33,194 nucleotides of DNA, from positions 135,453,987 to 135,487,180 of the forward strand of contig NC_068981.1 in assembly GCF_001194135.2 (NCBI RefSeq), read 5' to 3'. Every line of letters starts with the position of its first letter. Position 1 is the stretch's first letter. Shown here in pieces: positions 1-10,936 of this stretch. This DNA is from Octopus bimaculoides (Eukaryota). The notes under the pieces were generated by a model. It saw only the letters and a program-made list of their open reading frames with translations, ran no database searches and had not been told where the DNA came from. A program made the position numbers and the translations under genes.

Positions 1-205
1 GTTTTCGTGCGGGTGACACGTAAAAGCACCCACTACACTCTCTGAGTGGTTGGCGTTAGGAAGGGCATCCAGCTGTAGAAACTCTGCCAAATCAGACTGG
101 AGCCTGGTGTTGCCATCCGGTTTCACCAGTCCTCAGTCAAATCGTCCAACCCATGCTAGCATGGAAAGCGGACGTTAAACGATGATGATGATGATGATGA
201 TGATG
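1..205 (+). mobile_element. RTE-type LINE/SINE 3' tail ending in (GAT)n
   Basis: Motif gagtggttggcgttaggaagggcatccagctgtagaaac...catgctagcatggaaagcggacgttaaac(gat)n recurs many times in the window and follows RTE C-terminal coding sequence at 25769-26470 and 27490-27945. Confidence 0.85.
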
Positions 206-209
206 TCCA

Positions 210-211
<2 letters not shown>

Positions 212-267
<56 letters not shown>
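212..267. repeat. (GA)n microsatellite
   Basis: Direct reading. Confidence 0.95.
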
Positions 268-466
268 TGTTTGTGCATGCATGATAACAAGGTATATAAA
301 CCCCAGATGTTTTACAATAACAATACAGAGTCAGTATAAGTTCTTATAACAAACAGACCAAGGTTCTAGTCAAGAGATCCTTATCTTTGGGTGAAGAAGA
401 GAAATGTGTTAGCTAAGAGTTTTTAAACATTTTAGAACATGCGTGTGTGTAAAGCAGTCAACTTAC

Positions 467-561
467 TTGCGGGTGATTTTCCTTCCCCAGAAGTTATTGA
501 CAAATACCACATCTGGATGATAGATTCGATAATCATGTGGTTTCTTGAAAAATTGTGGTAC
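467..561 (-). CDS. C6orf136: C6orf136/DUF2358 homologue, coding exon 3 (VPQFFKKPHDYRIYHPDVVFVNNFWGRKITR); gene continues off the left edge
   Basis: Minus strand ttttaatttccag acceptor at 563-562 and gtaagt donor at 466-461; 95 bp, phase 0 in and phase 2 out. Translation matches the recalled C6orf136 motif LPxxFxxxHDYxxYxxDVxFxN. Not in the ORF track. Confidence 0.9.
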
Positions 562-1036
562 CTGGAAATTAAAAGACAATTTAGTTACACAAGGGTACTC
601 AATAGCTTAGAGTGTTCGGACCTAATTAGATTAATAATGATAACTTTGCAAACTGTTTCCTCATCTTGGAAGTATTGGACATGATTCTGTTGAAATTCTC
701 TCCTTTCTTCATCAGCTCGAGGTTCTGAGCTTGGAATCATTATTTTACCAACTGGATCTGAAATTCTGCCAACTGGCATCCAAGTTTGATCCCTAGTTCC
801 AGAACAATCATGTAATCCATATAAAGAGAGGTTGGTTGGTCAGTTGGTTTATTACGTGTTGTTATTGTTCATTCAGTAACATGTAGCTGAAATTCAAATT
901 AAGACTATTGTAATACCACTATGAATGGCTTAAAACCTTGAAAAAGCTAGTTGGCAAGGCAAGTATTTTTCATTGATTAAAAACAAAACAGTTTATAACA
1001 ATAACTCTCGTAAATTTTCAATATTGTACAGTAAAA

Positions 1037-1215
1037 AAGCAGCGAGCTAGCAGAAAAGTTAGTGTGCCGGACGAAATGCTTAGCGGTATTTCGTCTGTCT
1101 TTACATTCTGAGTTCAAATTCTGCCGAGGTCAACTTTGCCTTTCATTCTTTCGGGGTTCATAAATTAAGTACCAGTTGTGTACTGGGATTGATCTAATCA
1201 ACTGGCTCTCTCCCT
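1037..1215 (+). mobile_element. tRNA-derived SINE (gagctggcagaa...gttcaaattc...tttgcctttcatcc family)
   Basis: A-box/B-box-like head; related copies at 1421-1627(-), 2231-2350(-) and 15181-15324(+). Confidence 0.8.
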
Positions 1216-1217
1216 CA

Positions 1218-1420
1218 GTCCCATTGAAACTTCAAGACTTCTTAAGGCAACTGGAAATCCCATGCAAGATTGATGTCTTGCAAAAAGCAGCTTAATTGGG
1301 TACAGCACACATCTTAAGGGAAGTATTATCTGTCTGAGGTTCTTGTTGTGACTTGACAGATGACTAAAGACTCCGGTGCACTTTTACCTACACTGTGTTA
1401 GAAAGGAATAATAATAATGA
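1218..1420 (+). mobile_element. 3' end of an RLE-class non-LTR retrotransposon (R4/Dong/NeSL-like)
   Basis: 1218-1337 translates VPLKLQDFLRQLEIPCKIDVLQKAA*LGTAHILREVLSV*, matching the LQKAxLLGTAHILRxVL terminus of these elements; followed by a short 3' UTR and an (AAT)n tail. Confidence 0.7.
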
Positions 1421-1627
1421 TTTTAAATTTTGGCACAAGGCCAGCAATATTGGGGGAGGGGTAAGTCAATTATATTGACCCAGTGATCAACTTGGACTTA
1501 GTTTATTGACTCCAAAAGGATGAAAGGCAAAGTCAACCTCAGTGGAATTTGAACTCAGAATGTGAAGACAGACAAAATACTCAAAGCATTTTGCTTGATA
1601 TACTAATAGTTCTGCCAGCTTACCACC
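1421..1627 (-). mobile_element. tRNA-derived SINE, same family as 1037-1215, inverted
   Basis: Reverse complement aligns by eye to 1037-1215 along its length. Confidence 0.8.
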
Positions 1628-1631
1628 TCAA

Positions 1632-1849
1632 CCTTTTAGCATTCAAATTCTTCTTTCAAATGTAATGTCTTTTCATTCACATTGTTTTTAATTATTTGTG
1701 GATTATTTTGTAGCTTTGAAATTCTGATGATGTAATTGTATATTTTTAGAATAGCATTGAAGAGTATGTGATAGGTTGGATCTGGTTAGTTAGAACATAA
1801 AACAGATAGCATATTTGGGCCAGACATGGCCAGGTTAAATGCTAAAGGG
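1632..1849. mobile_element. piggyBac-type MITE (about 217 bp family)
   Basis: ccttttagcatt...aatgctaaaggg ends with tcaa/ttaa flanks; same family as 13025-13240. Confidence 0.75.
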
Positions 1850-1932
1850 TTAATAATAATAATAATAATAATCCTTCCATCTATAGGCACAACACCAGCA
1901 ATTTTAGGGGTGGGGGCTAGTAAATTTCATCG

Positions 1933-2230
1933 ATGTGGCATGGGGAAAGCACCTTTCAAGTGTTGGGCCTCACGGGGGCAATGTTGAATGACTGAGACCT
2001 TTGGCATTATGTTGTGCTTGAGAAGAAGACCCATCAAGCCAAGTGAAATCACAGTTGAGGTGGATACCGGTGTCATGTAAAAGCACCCATTACATTCTTG
2101 GAGTGGTTGGCCTTAGGAAGGGCATCCAGCTGTAGAAAACCATGCTGGAGTCTAGTGCAGCTTTCCAGCCTTTGTAAAACTGTCCACTCCATAGCAGCAT
2201 GGACAACGGATGTTAATTGATGATGATGAC
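1933..2230 (+). mobile_element. RTE-derived 3' fragment nested in an inverted SINE
   Basis: gggcctcacgggggcaatg...gagacctttggc...agaagaccc and (GAT)n tail; flanked by the two halves of a minus-strand SINE (about 1853-1932 and 2231-2350). Confidence 0.7.
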
Positions 2231-2469
2231 CCCAATAGGATGAACGGCAAAGTCAGTCTCTGTGGAATTTGATCTCAGGAAGTAAAGAAAATAGAAATGC
2301 TGTTCAGCATTTTGTTTGTCGTGGTAACAAATCTATTAGCTTGCTGCGTTGACAATAATAAGGGGGTCATCACCGTTTTTGTTTTCCAGTGAACTACAAA
2401 AAAAAAAAGCATTTTTAACAGCCATTAGGCATTTACCCAACAGCTCAATTATACAATATATGTATGTGT

Positions 2470-2715
2470 ACAACTGGTGATTTACTTAGACCTATCATAA
2501 GCTGAAGGACTCATGAAGCCAGAGTTTAACCTGATTTTCACAGCATATAAATGAGGGAAGCACCAATCTGTTGTTGCAGAGTTAAATTTCCAGTTATTGC
2601 TAGAATTTATTGACTGCAGCAGAGTAGACTGGACTGCCTTGGTCTTGGAATCAAAACTATGACCTGATGATTGTGATTGCAACATCTTAACCACTACTAA
2701 ACCATGTGCTTTCAC
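2470..2715 (-). mobile_element. Degenerate tRNA-headed SINE
   Basis: Minus strand gcacatggtttagtagtggttaag...ggtcatagttttgattcc resembles an A-box/B-box head; explains ORF 2482-2769. Confidence 0.5.
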
Positions 2716-3289
2716 ATTTTTAGTAGTACAAAAAGAAAGAAAAAGAAAAAAAAAAAAACCTAACCCCACACAGAATCTAAAGAATTTGGTGCTCCTCTGT
2801 GTGGCTGCAAAAATTACTGATTTTTTTTTTTATGCTGCAGAAATAAGAGGAATCTGACATTTAAGGATTATCACTCAGAAGTGAAATTTTCTCTCTCTCT
2901 CTCTCTCAGATGATGGAAACATCAGATCTCCCATCTCCACTCCCTTGCCATACAAACTTATCAAAAATCACCATGTATTGCAGAGAATGAGGTGATGTAC
3001 TGACTGGTGATAATGAAAGAAAGCAAAGAAAAAACAAAAAAAAAGCAGAAAAGATCTCAGATTAATAGTTATATTCAATAACAAGCATGATCATTGGTAG
3101 AACCCAAGTTTGTATTTAAGAGTAGTGGAAAAATAAAATAAAAAAAGAACCCTGATAACCAAACCTTGCTCAATGAATATTTCATCAGAAATAAAATGTT
3201 AATTTCTATTGTTTCTTAAAAAAAAAAAAAAAAATTTTTTTTTTCTCTCTCAATATTATGGAAAATTTTGTCTTTTTACATACACACAC

Positions 3290-3748
3290 AGTCATCATTT
3301 TAATGCCTACTTTTCCATGCTTGCATGGATCAGACAGTTCACTGAGGTAGATTTTCTATGGCCTTTCCTGTTTCCAAACAAAGTAGTATTTCCTCATGGC
3401 CAGACATGCTTTTATGGAAGATTAGTGATTAAAACTCCTTGTGTGATGTCAATAAAAAAAGTAACACAAACACACACATTATATCTATATATAGACATAG
3501 TAGGTGATATTATAGATTTAGAAACATATGCTTGTTGCTGGTACTACATCAAAAGCATTGGTGCTGGTGCCACATAAAAAGCACCCAGCACACTCTGTAA
3601 AGTGGTTGGCATTAAGAAGGGCATCCAGCTGTAGAAATCATGCCAGAACAGACAATGGAGTTGGTAGTAGCTCCAGTCAAACCGTCCAACCCAAGCCTGC
3701 ATAGAAAACGGATTTTAAATGAAGAGGACGAGGAGGAAGAGGATAATA
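3290..3748. mobile_element. Two SINE/RTE-tail copies in opposite orientation (3290-3480 minus, 3550-3748 plus)
   Basis: Both match families seen elsewhere in the window. Confidence 0.7.
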
Positions 3749-4022
3749 CATACACATACATGCACAACTCGATCAGCTCAGGGCTGTAGAAGATGATATA
3801 TGCACATAGCTGTACATAGTGGAACTTAACTTCTTAACCACACACCCACGTCTGTGCTTTTATGTATCTGATTTACATCTATTTTCCAAGGCTTCCATGG
3901 ATGGGATGACATAATTTTCTGAAGCTAGTCTTTTTATAGCCAGATGCCCTTTCTATGGTTAATCACTCAACCACAGCGTAGGAAGTAAAACTATTTTTGC
4001 TCATTTTGTCAGTCAACTAGAA

Positions 4023-4208
4023 CAGTGCTTTGCAACCTTTTTCCATTTGCAGTACATTTATATTATTTTCAAAATTCGGCTGCACGCCAGAACTAAAAAT
4101 ATAACTAACAGTATAAAGAAAAAAATTATATTGAGGTTACACTGTGACACACCTAGCATCATCTTGTGGAACACCAGTGTACTGCAGCATACTGGTTGTG
4201 GAGCACTG
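4023..4208. mobile_element. hAT-type MITE
   Basis: TIR cagtgctttgcaacc / ggttgtggagcactg (12/15); perfect 8-bp TSD aactagaa at 4015-4022 and 4209-4216. Confidence 0.85.
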
Positions 4209-4399
4209 AACTAGAACAGATAGAAGTATAACATAAAGGCTGAATATTTACCTGGGTTTGAACTGATGTCTTATTGATACCTTAACCTTACAATCACACA
4301 CACACTATTCTACACCCTTCCAGAATCCTGCATGACTCGGTTGATCTGGCTTTTGGGCATTTCTTTTTACAGTGATATGTTCTATCTATATATATATAT

Positions 4400-4740
4400 C
4401 TTTCCGAGCAACACCACCTCTGCCCTTGTTTACCACAGAATTACATTCATCTCTACCCACATCTGTTATTCTCCTCTTAGACACTTATGAAATTAACCCC
4501 CTCTCCCTCCTGATCCATTGTCTGTATTTTTCTCTTATACTTACCTCCTTGTACTGGAGAGCTCTATTTGGCATTTTGTCACCCCCATCTTTATCTTCTT
4601 CCCAGTCACTCCCATCCTTACATAATCAAGGGTAACCACATATTTTCCTGATAGCAAGACATGTGTGCTTCTCCCACTATTCTACTCCAGCCTCTCAACA
4701 CCTGACATAAAGCTACCTTCCCTTCTCAAATACACTCCAA
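4400..4740 (+). mobile_element. Possible heavily decayed Penelope-like remnant
   Basis: Pyrimidine-rich, loosely similar to the reverse complement of 15730-16100; no clean motif. Confidence 0.3.
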
Positions 4741-4779
4741 AGGACTTTAATCAGTTTATATTATTGTATGTTACTTTGC

Positions 4780-4965
4780 AACATCACTAGTGCCATGAAA
4801 AAAGCACCCAGTACACACTGTAAAGTGGTTGGCATTAAGGAGGACATCCAGCCGTAGAAAGTATGTCAAAACTAACGTTGGAGCAGCCCTGTGGCCATTG
4901 GATCTTGTCAAACCGTCCAACCTATGCCAGCATGGAAAGTGAACTTATGATGACATTGATGATAT
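4780..4965 (+). mobile_element. RTE-type 3' tail copy
   Basis: aaagcacccagtacac...catccagccgtagaaa...catgccagcatggaaag. Confidence 0.75.
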
Positions 4966-5336
4966 GAATGAAATAAAAACTATTGACATTACAAATATTT
5001 TCCCACTAAAAGGAGAAATAATGCAAAACAGTTTAACAATAATTACAAATAATTTTTTTTTTTTATTGTGTACATTTAATTCTAAAAATACTTGTAGAAA
5101 TCACCTTGAGATTATCATTATTTGCAGAACCATCCCATAAAAGGCCAGTTTGGGAATATGTAACACTATAATGACAGATGTAAAACAGTAAATTACAAGT
5201 AGTGAATTAATTAATTGCTTTGCAAAGCAGAATTAAGTCAATTGAGTGTAATATGGCTGCATGATTAACAAATCTACCTCACAATTATAGAGTTTTAACA
5301 TCAATCACACTGAGTGGAACTGTGGTTACCCCAAAC

Positions 5337-6095
5337 ATTCATCATCATTTACTATCCACTTTTCATACTGGCATGGGTCAGATGAGATTTGTTGAGGCAG
5401 ACTTATTTTACAGCTGGATGCCCTTCCTGTTGTCAACCCTCACCGGTTCCCAAGCAAGATAATATTTTCCCATGGCCAGGTATGTTTTGCATGAAAGACT
5501 GGAAATTAACCCCATGATGACGGTTTTTTTTATCAGGCAACTAGGTTACACTGATAGTAATCATCTTGAATGAGATCAACAATTAGTGTACGACAACGGT
5601 TCATGCGTATATTTATGTCAACCGCTTTAAAGCATGTACTGTTTATTTATGTAAGCTGTCACCATTGGTGTAGCTGGATGCGACTGTAAATTCTGCGAAG
5701 AACCAGAAGAATTTGCTGAACACATACGAATTTGATAGGAAGCCATAGTGGAAATGGTGGTGTAACCACCAAAACTGCTGCTTTTATACTATTATGGTGA
5801 TGAAGTCTCGAACCGAGTTGAAAATATTTACATGAAGAATCTAACAAACCTATCAGATTCCTTGAAATTTGCACAGTGACCTCTATTATCGATTCCGTGT
5901 GTGATAGCAGATATACAAACAAGTACAAAACCACAGCAGATAGGGCTATGTATATTTTCATCATCTGATACAAAATGAGTACACAGTGCACATAAATTTA
6001 TGTCAACCAATGTTATGGGGTTAACAAACTTACTTGTATGATGACAAGGATATTTGTTTACAATCATTACAAGATGTCAAGACAAGGGAACACAC
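5337..6095 (-). mobile_element. SINE with RTE-like tail, split by the 5510-6020 insertion
   Basis: Joining 5337-5509 to 6025-6095 restores the family sequence seen at 7035-7290. Confidence 0.75.
5510..6020. mobile_element. 511-bp piggyBac-like non-autonomous insertion
   Basis: TTAA at 5506-5509 and 6021-6024; termini ccccat / atgggg; 13-bp direct repeat atttatgtcaacc at 5611-5623 and 5996-6008; interrupts a SINE exactly at the TTAA. Confidence 0.7.
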
Positions 6096-6193
6096 ACACA
6101 AAATTGCCACTTTACTATTGTAGAAAACAGAACTGATGAGAGAGAAAACATCATAAGAATTCAGTAAAGTTTTGCAGCCAGGCAAATACTTAC

Positions 6194-6784
6194 AATTGTT
6201 ATTAATTTTTCTTTCATTAAAATCAACTGTTCCTCAGATGGTCCACCAGTATTTTGTTTTTTGGGGGGTGTCTTATTTGCATTGCTTGGACTTCTGGTGA
6301 AGAGGTCAACTGAAGAGTTAACTACTGCATTATCAATTGCTGGCTTTAAAGGACAGAGACAACTTCCTTTATTCAATGCCATAGTTTGTTTCGGTGTGTT
6401 AGAAAATGGAAAAGCCATCATTAGGTAAGAAGTTTTAGAGCTAGGCAATGATTGCACAAAATTATTTTTAGTCGGCGACACCATTTGTTCAGCCGATGAA
6501 AGCTGCGAAGGAAATATACATTTATAGTCTTTGGGAATAAATACATTTGAGGAATATTGGCTAAAGTTGGATATATCAATTAAGCTATTGTTGAAAGGCT
6601 CCACATACACTGAAAGACTGTAGTTGGATTTTAATTCAGATAGAGGCAAACTCTCAGTTTTGTTGCTTAAATAAAATCCTGATGCTGGCTTTTTCTTTCT
6701 CTTATTACTCTTTTTAATGCCATCAGCATAAAATTCATTGTAGAAACTTTCTTCTATAAACTTCGTGTTTCTCCAATTTAAAAG
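6194..6784 (-). CDS. C6orf136: C6orf136 homologue, coding exon 2 (591 bp, 197 codons, LLNWRNTK...GPSEEQLILMKEKLITI)
   Basis: tttatttttgcag acceptor (AG 6786-6785) and gtaagt donor (6193-6188); phase 0/0, stop-free. Its end PSEEQLILMKEKL resembles the recalled C6orf136 segment EEHLAVMxEKLRQE and joins in frame to exon 561-467. Confidence 0.85.
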
Positions 6785-7034
6785 CTGCAAAAATAAATTT
6801 AAAAAGTGTTACGAATAAAATCTATTAATTTTTTTTGTTTTTTTTGTAACGGAAATCAACAATCAAAATAACATTAAATTTTCTACTCCTCATGACAAGT
6901 TCCCTGCCCACTTTTTGTTGGGTTTTACTAATCAAAATAATTTCTAAACTGAAGAAGTAAACATTCCAAGAATAGTTGCACTTTACACAAATATGGGAAG
7001 AAGTAGTGAAGACTGATCTCAGGACACCGACCTT

Positions 7035-7400
7035 TATGATGATGATGATCATCATCATCATTTTAACTACTATTTTTCCATGCTTGCATGGGTTAGACTG
7101 AGTTTATTGTGGAGGGTTTTCTACAGCTGGATGTTCTTCCTATTGTCAAACTTCACATATTTCCAAGTAAGGCAAAATATTTCCCCATGGCCAGCATGTT
7201 TTCACAGAATATTGGAAATGACTGACAGCCATTTACAACAATCATGTGATGTCAAGACAAGGAGACACAAACACACACACACACACACACAATGGGCTTT
7301 TTTCAGTGTCTGTCTACTGAATCCACTCACAAAGTTTTGGTTAGCATGGGGCTATAGTAGAAGACACCTACCCAAGGCGCCACACAATGGGACTGAACCC
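7035..7400 (-). mobile_element. CORE-type SINE with RTE-like (GAT)n tail
   Basis: Reverse complement has gttcagtccc...ccttgggtaggtgtcttctactatagcc, a (TG)n middle and the RTE tail; explains ORF 7080-7526. Confidence 0.8.
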
Positions 7401-8482
7401 ATGATTGCTAGTGACTGCAAAAAGTGCCAAGATGATATACTTGAACAGACCCAAACAATTAATGCCAATATGGAAAAAAAAAAAAGTATGAATATAAATG
7501 ATGTTGTTATCAGAAGTAGAAGTTAAAAATGTATATAGAATTTATTTTTGGAAGACATCAAAATTAAATGAATTAGATTTAACATAGAATCTCTAAAATA
7601 TGATTTATTTATAAAATCAATTTCCCCTCAAACCATCCCAAAGCGACACAGCAGTTATGACCTAGTTAGCAACAAAAATATTTAATTAAATGACACCTAA
7701 ATTACCAAGCTGTGCTACCATGGAATGTTGATATTAACCAAACTCTGACATACATTAATGTATGCAGTGAGTGTGAGATAGTGTAATTGGCAAGGACTAA
7801 TGTATTTGGTTTAATCTATTCAGTGATGCCAGAAAAAGCAGAAAACAATGGCTAAGATTTTACTATTTCAGTGGTGGAATGAGTACAATTAATAGACAGA
7901 TTAGCAAATTGCACTTGATGCTCCTTGCATTAAATGTGTTAATATTACCTTAACTATTGTTTTTTTTTGGAGATATTCCTAAGTAATTTTTCTTAGTGAT
8001 TGTAAAAAAGAAAGAAAAGAAAAATGCTAATTTCCATGCCCCCATAATATTCCACATTTATATAAGGAACAATGTTTTACAATTACTAAGTGAATTTTTT
8101 GTCACTACTCTGGCAAAGTCTATGCATTGTTGAAGAGGTGTAATATGTCTGAAACATGTCTGAGTTGTTTCCCATATTTTATTTAAATTATTTCAGCCAG
8201 GAAGAAAGACAGTGTCCAGGATTTTACAGAGTCTCTGAGACTGGGGAGAGGGAGAGGGAGAGAAGGAGGAAAGTATCTTCAAACTGATCCAAATGTTTGC
8301 AATACAGTGGGCTCTGTTAAACATGCATCCAAGATGCCAGGTGGTTGCGTTAAACTGGGCAATGGATCAAGCCTACCACCTAAGCAGGCTATGGTAGGAT
8401 TTGATCGCAGAACACACACTGCAAGGTCCAATGTTTTCATGGGTCCACTAATCCATTGCCTAGGTTTTCTGAAGTTCTACAT

Positions 8483-8772
8483 CAGTGGTTCCCAAACTTT
8501 TTTGGGCTGCTGCCCCCTTGACACCCAGGCCCCATTCCTAACACCTCCATCCCAACTAACCATCACAAACATAGACCTGTTTCTGAAGCAAATTCAAAGC
8601 AACTATATTTCACAAATAAAACTTAACCTAATGAACCCATTATTTTGTTGTTTTTACATGAATCGCCCTGATTTTTACATGAATTGCTACCCCATTATAA
8701 CCCCACTTCAACGCCCCCTTCGAACTTTCCACCACCCCAGGGGAGCAATACCACCCACTTTGGGAACCACTG
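8483..8772. mobile_element. hAT (Charlie-like) MITE, 290 bp
   Basis: TIR cagtggttcccaaa / tttgggaaccactg (14/14); TSD ttctacat / ctctacat (7/8). Confidence 0.85.
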
Positions 8773-8801
8773 CTCTACATTGAATAAATAAATTAACATA
8801 C

Positions 8802-9190
8802 AGGTGCAGGCATGGCTGTGTGGTTAAGAAGCTTTGCAACCATATGGTTTTGGGTTCAGTCTCATTGCATGGCACCTTTGGCAAATACCTTCTGTAACTC
8901 TGGGTCAATCAATGCTTTGTGAGTGAATTTGGTAGACAGAAACTATGTGAAAGACTGTCGTATATGTGTAGGTATGAGCGTGTACATGTACCTTTCTTTG
9001 TCCTACCCCACTTGACAACTGGTGTTGGTTTGTTTACATCCCTGTAATTTAGTGGTTTGGCAAATGAGACTGACAAAATAAATACTAAACTTTAAAAAAT
9101 AAGTACTGGGTTTTGATTTGTTCAGCTAAAATCCTTGAAGGTGGTACCCCAGCATGGCCACAGTCCAATTAATTAAACAAGATGAAAGAT
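8802..9190 (+). mobile_element. tRNA/CORE-type SINE
   Basis: ggctgtgtggttaagaag...gggttcagtc...ggcacctttggcaaa (CORE-like) ...ggtggtaccccagcatggccacagtc. Confidence 0.85.
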
Positions 9191-9234
9191 ATCAATCTTA
9201 TGTGCTTTTGTTTTTGATTTTAGGCCATATCAAC

Positions 9235-9590
9235 TTGTATGTGGACGAGGTGGATAAGGTGGTGAAGCATGATCTTCGAATATTGGACCTCACAGACGCA
9301 ATGACAAGTGACCGAGACCCTTGGTGATATGCTGTGCTTGAGATGACTCATCAAGCCAAGTGAAATCGAAGATGTTGCCGAGGTCATGTAACTGGCACCC
9401 GTGCTGGTGGCATGTATAAAGCACCCATTACACTCTAAGAGTAGTTGGTGTTAGGAAGGGCATCCAGCCATAGAAACCATGCCAAACCAGACTGGAACTC
9501 AGTGCAGCTCTCCAGCTTACCAGTTCCAGTCAAACAGTCTAACCTATGCCAGCATGGAAAGCAGACACTAAATGATGATGATGATGATGT
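9235..9590 (+). mobile_element. RTE 3' fragment with (GAT)n tail
   Basis: gtggacgaggtggataaggtggtgaagcatgatcttcga...ctcacagacgcaatgacaagtgaccgagacc matches the RTE C-terminus at 26199-26330(-). Confidence 0.8.
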
Positions 9591-9598
9591 ACATGTGT

Positions 9599-9616
9599 AA
9601 GAGAGAGAGAGAGGGG

Positions 9617-9667
<51 letters not shown>
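9599..9667. repeat. (GA)n microsatellite
   Basis: Direct reading. Confidence 0.95.
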
Positions 9668-9669
<2 letters not shown>

Positions 9670-10052
9670 TGTGTGCATGTGCATCTGTTTACATTTGCAC
9701 TTCTGTGAAAACCATAAGTTACAAGTGGCGAAGTACTATTTTTCATGTCAACAAATTGTCTGCTGGTTTCGTGCCTTTGAAAATGTGTGATGTAAGAGAT
9801 ACTTAACTTGAAAAACAAGTAAGGGTAAGTGACAGGAAGGGCATCTGGTTGTAAGAAAATGTCATAATATTAGTTAACTCTTATAACTAAAACGGATAAA
9901 AATGGATGGATTCTATTATTCAAATCTAGTGGCTCCTGTTTTATTCCATTGTAACATAGAATGTGACAAGGCCAGCTCTTTGAAATATGGGTACAACTTA
10001 TTTTTACAAGTTGAGTAGAATGGAATAACATAAAATAAAGTGTTATGCTTAA

Positions 10053-10254
10053 CCATTTAGTTTTCAAATTATTTTGTCAAGTGTAATGCTTATCATTCAT
10101 GTTGATTTAAATTAATCATGCATTATCATGTAGCTTCAAAATTTCAAAGTTGAGATTGTTTATTTTTAGCATGGCGTTGTAGGTTAGGTGTGAGAAGCTG
10201 GATCCAGTCAATTTGAATGTAAAACAGGTAGAATATTTTGGGCCGGATATGGCT

Positions 10255-10255
<1 letters not shown>
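10053..10255. mobile_element. piggyBac-type MITE, right end lost at a poly-T run
   Basis: ttaa-ccatttag start; internal sequence matches 13025-13240. Confidence 0.7.
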
Positions 10256-10286
<31 letters not shown>

Positions 10287-10309
10287 CTTCTTATTTTTTT
10301 AAGCATTCA

Positions 10310-10930
10310 CTCGTTACAAGGTCCTTAGACCACTGAAAACGTAAGAGCTACTAGAATAAAATGGGCGCTAGACAGAAGTCAATAGGTGACGATGTACATT
10401 AGACTTAAAGGACAGGAGGTTATATTGAAGAGGAAAACAAGACTGTGGAAGGGAATTCCAAAGTTCAGAGATGTGAGGGAAGAAACTGGTACTGTAAAGT
10501 GCTTTACGACACTTGGGAGGTTGCACAGTATACTGATGAGAAATGGATGCAAGTCTAATTGATCACTGATAAGTTCTTAAACTAGAAACCAGAGAAGAGA
10601 GCTCAGCTGAACAATGTCCATGAAAATGCTTATAGAAAAGAGACAAGAAAGCCACATGACAACGATAAGAGAGTGAATCCAATTTAGAAGAAAGATCAGG
10701 ACCAATAGCATTACAAATACGGTATTGAATGTGGTCCAACAGAGTTAAGCAATCCGCAGGGGCACCTGCCCATATGTGACAACAGTAGTCAATGCAGGGG
10801 CGAATGGTGGACTTGTAAGAAGTTTTTGCAAGACGAAAAGATGTTTAAAAGAGTAGAGTGAGTACTTCCAGCTATGCATTACAAAATGACATTCCAATAA
10901 ACAATAGTAAGAAAAGAAAGAGAATTTCAA
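10310..10930 (-). mobile_element. CR1/L2-like LINE ORF2 C-terminal fragment
   Basis: Minus frame reads YKSTIRPCIDYCCHIWAGAPADCLTLLDHIQYRICNAIGPDLSSKLDSLSYRCHVAFLSLFYKHFHGHCSAELSSL, typical of the post-RT region (YKxxIRPxxEYCxxxW; RRxxAxLxLFY). Confidence 0.8.
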
Positions 10931-10936
10931 AATCCA

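Noticed and set aside
439-684. 81-aa plus-strand ORF
   Set aside because: Antisense shadow of C6orf136 exon 3; the minus frame has splice sites and family homology.
585-779. 64-aa minus-strand ORF next to exon 3
   Set aside because: No suitable splice sites linking it in frame and no recognisable homology; ends just upstream of the real acceptor. Possibly an old TE fragment.
2895-2992. (CT)n-ag followed by a ~80-bp exon-like stretch on the plus strand
   Set aside because: The acceptor is a microsatellite, the donor is weak, and no partner exons or homology were found.
5828-6067. 79-aa Cys/His-rich ORF
   Set aside because: Crosses the boundary between the TTAA insertion and its host SINE, so it is a chance fusion.
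8307-8783. 158-aa plus-strand ORF
   Set aside because: Runs through the whole hAT MITE; begins at a non-ATG codon; no protein-like motif.
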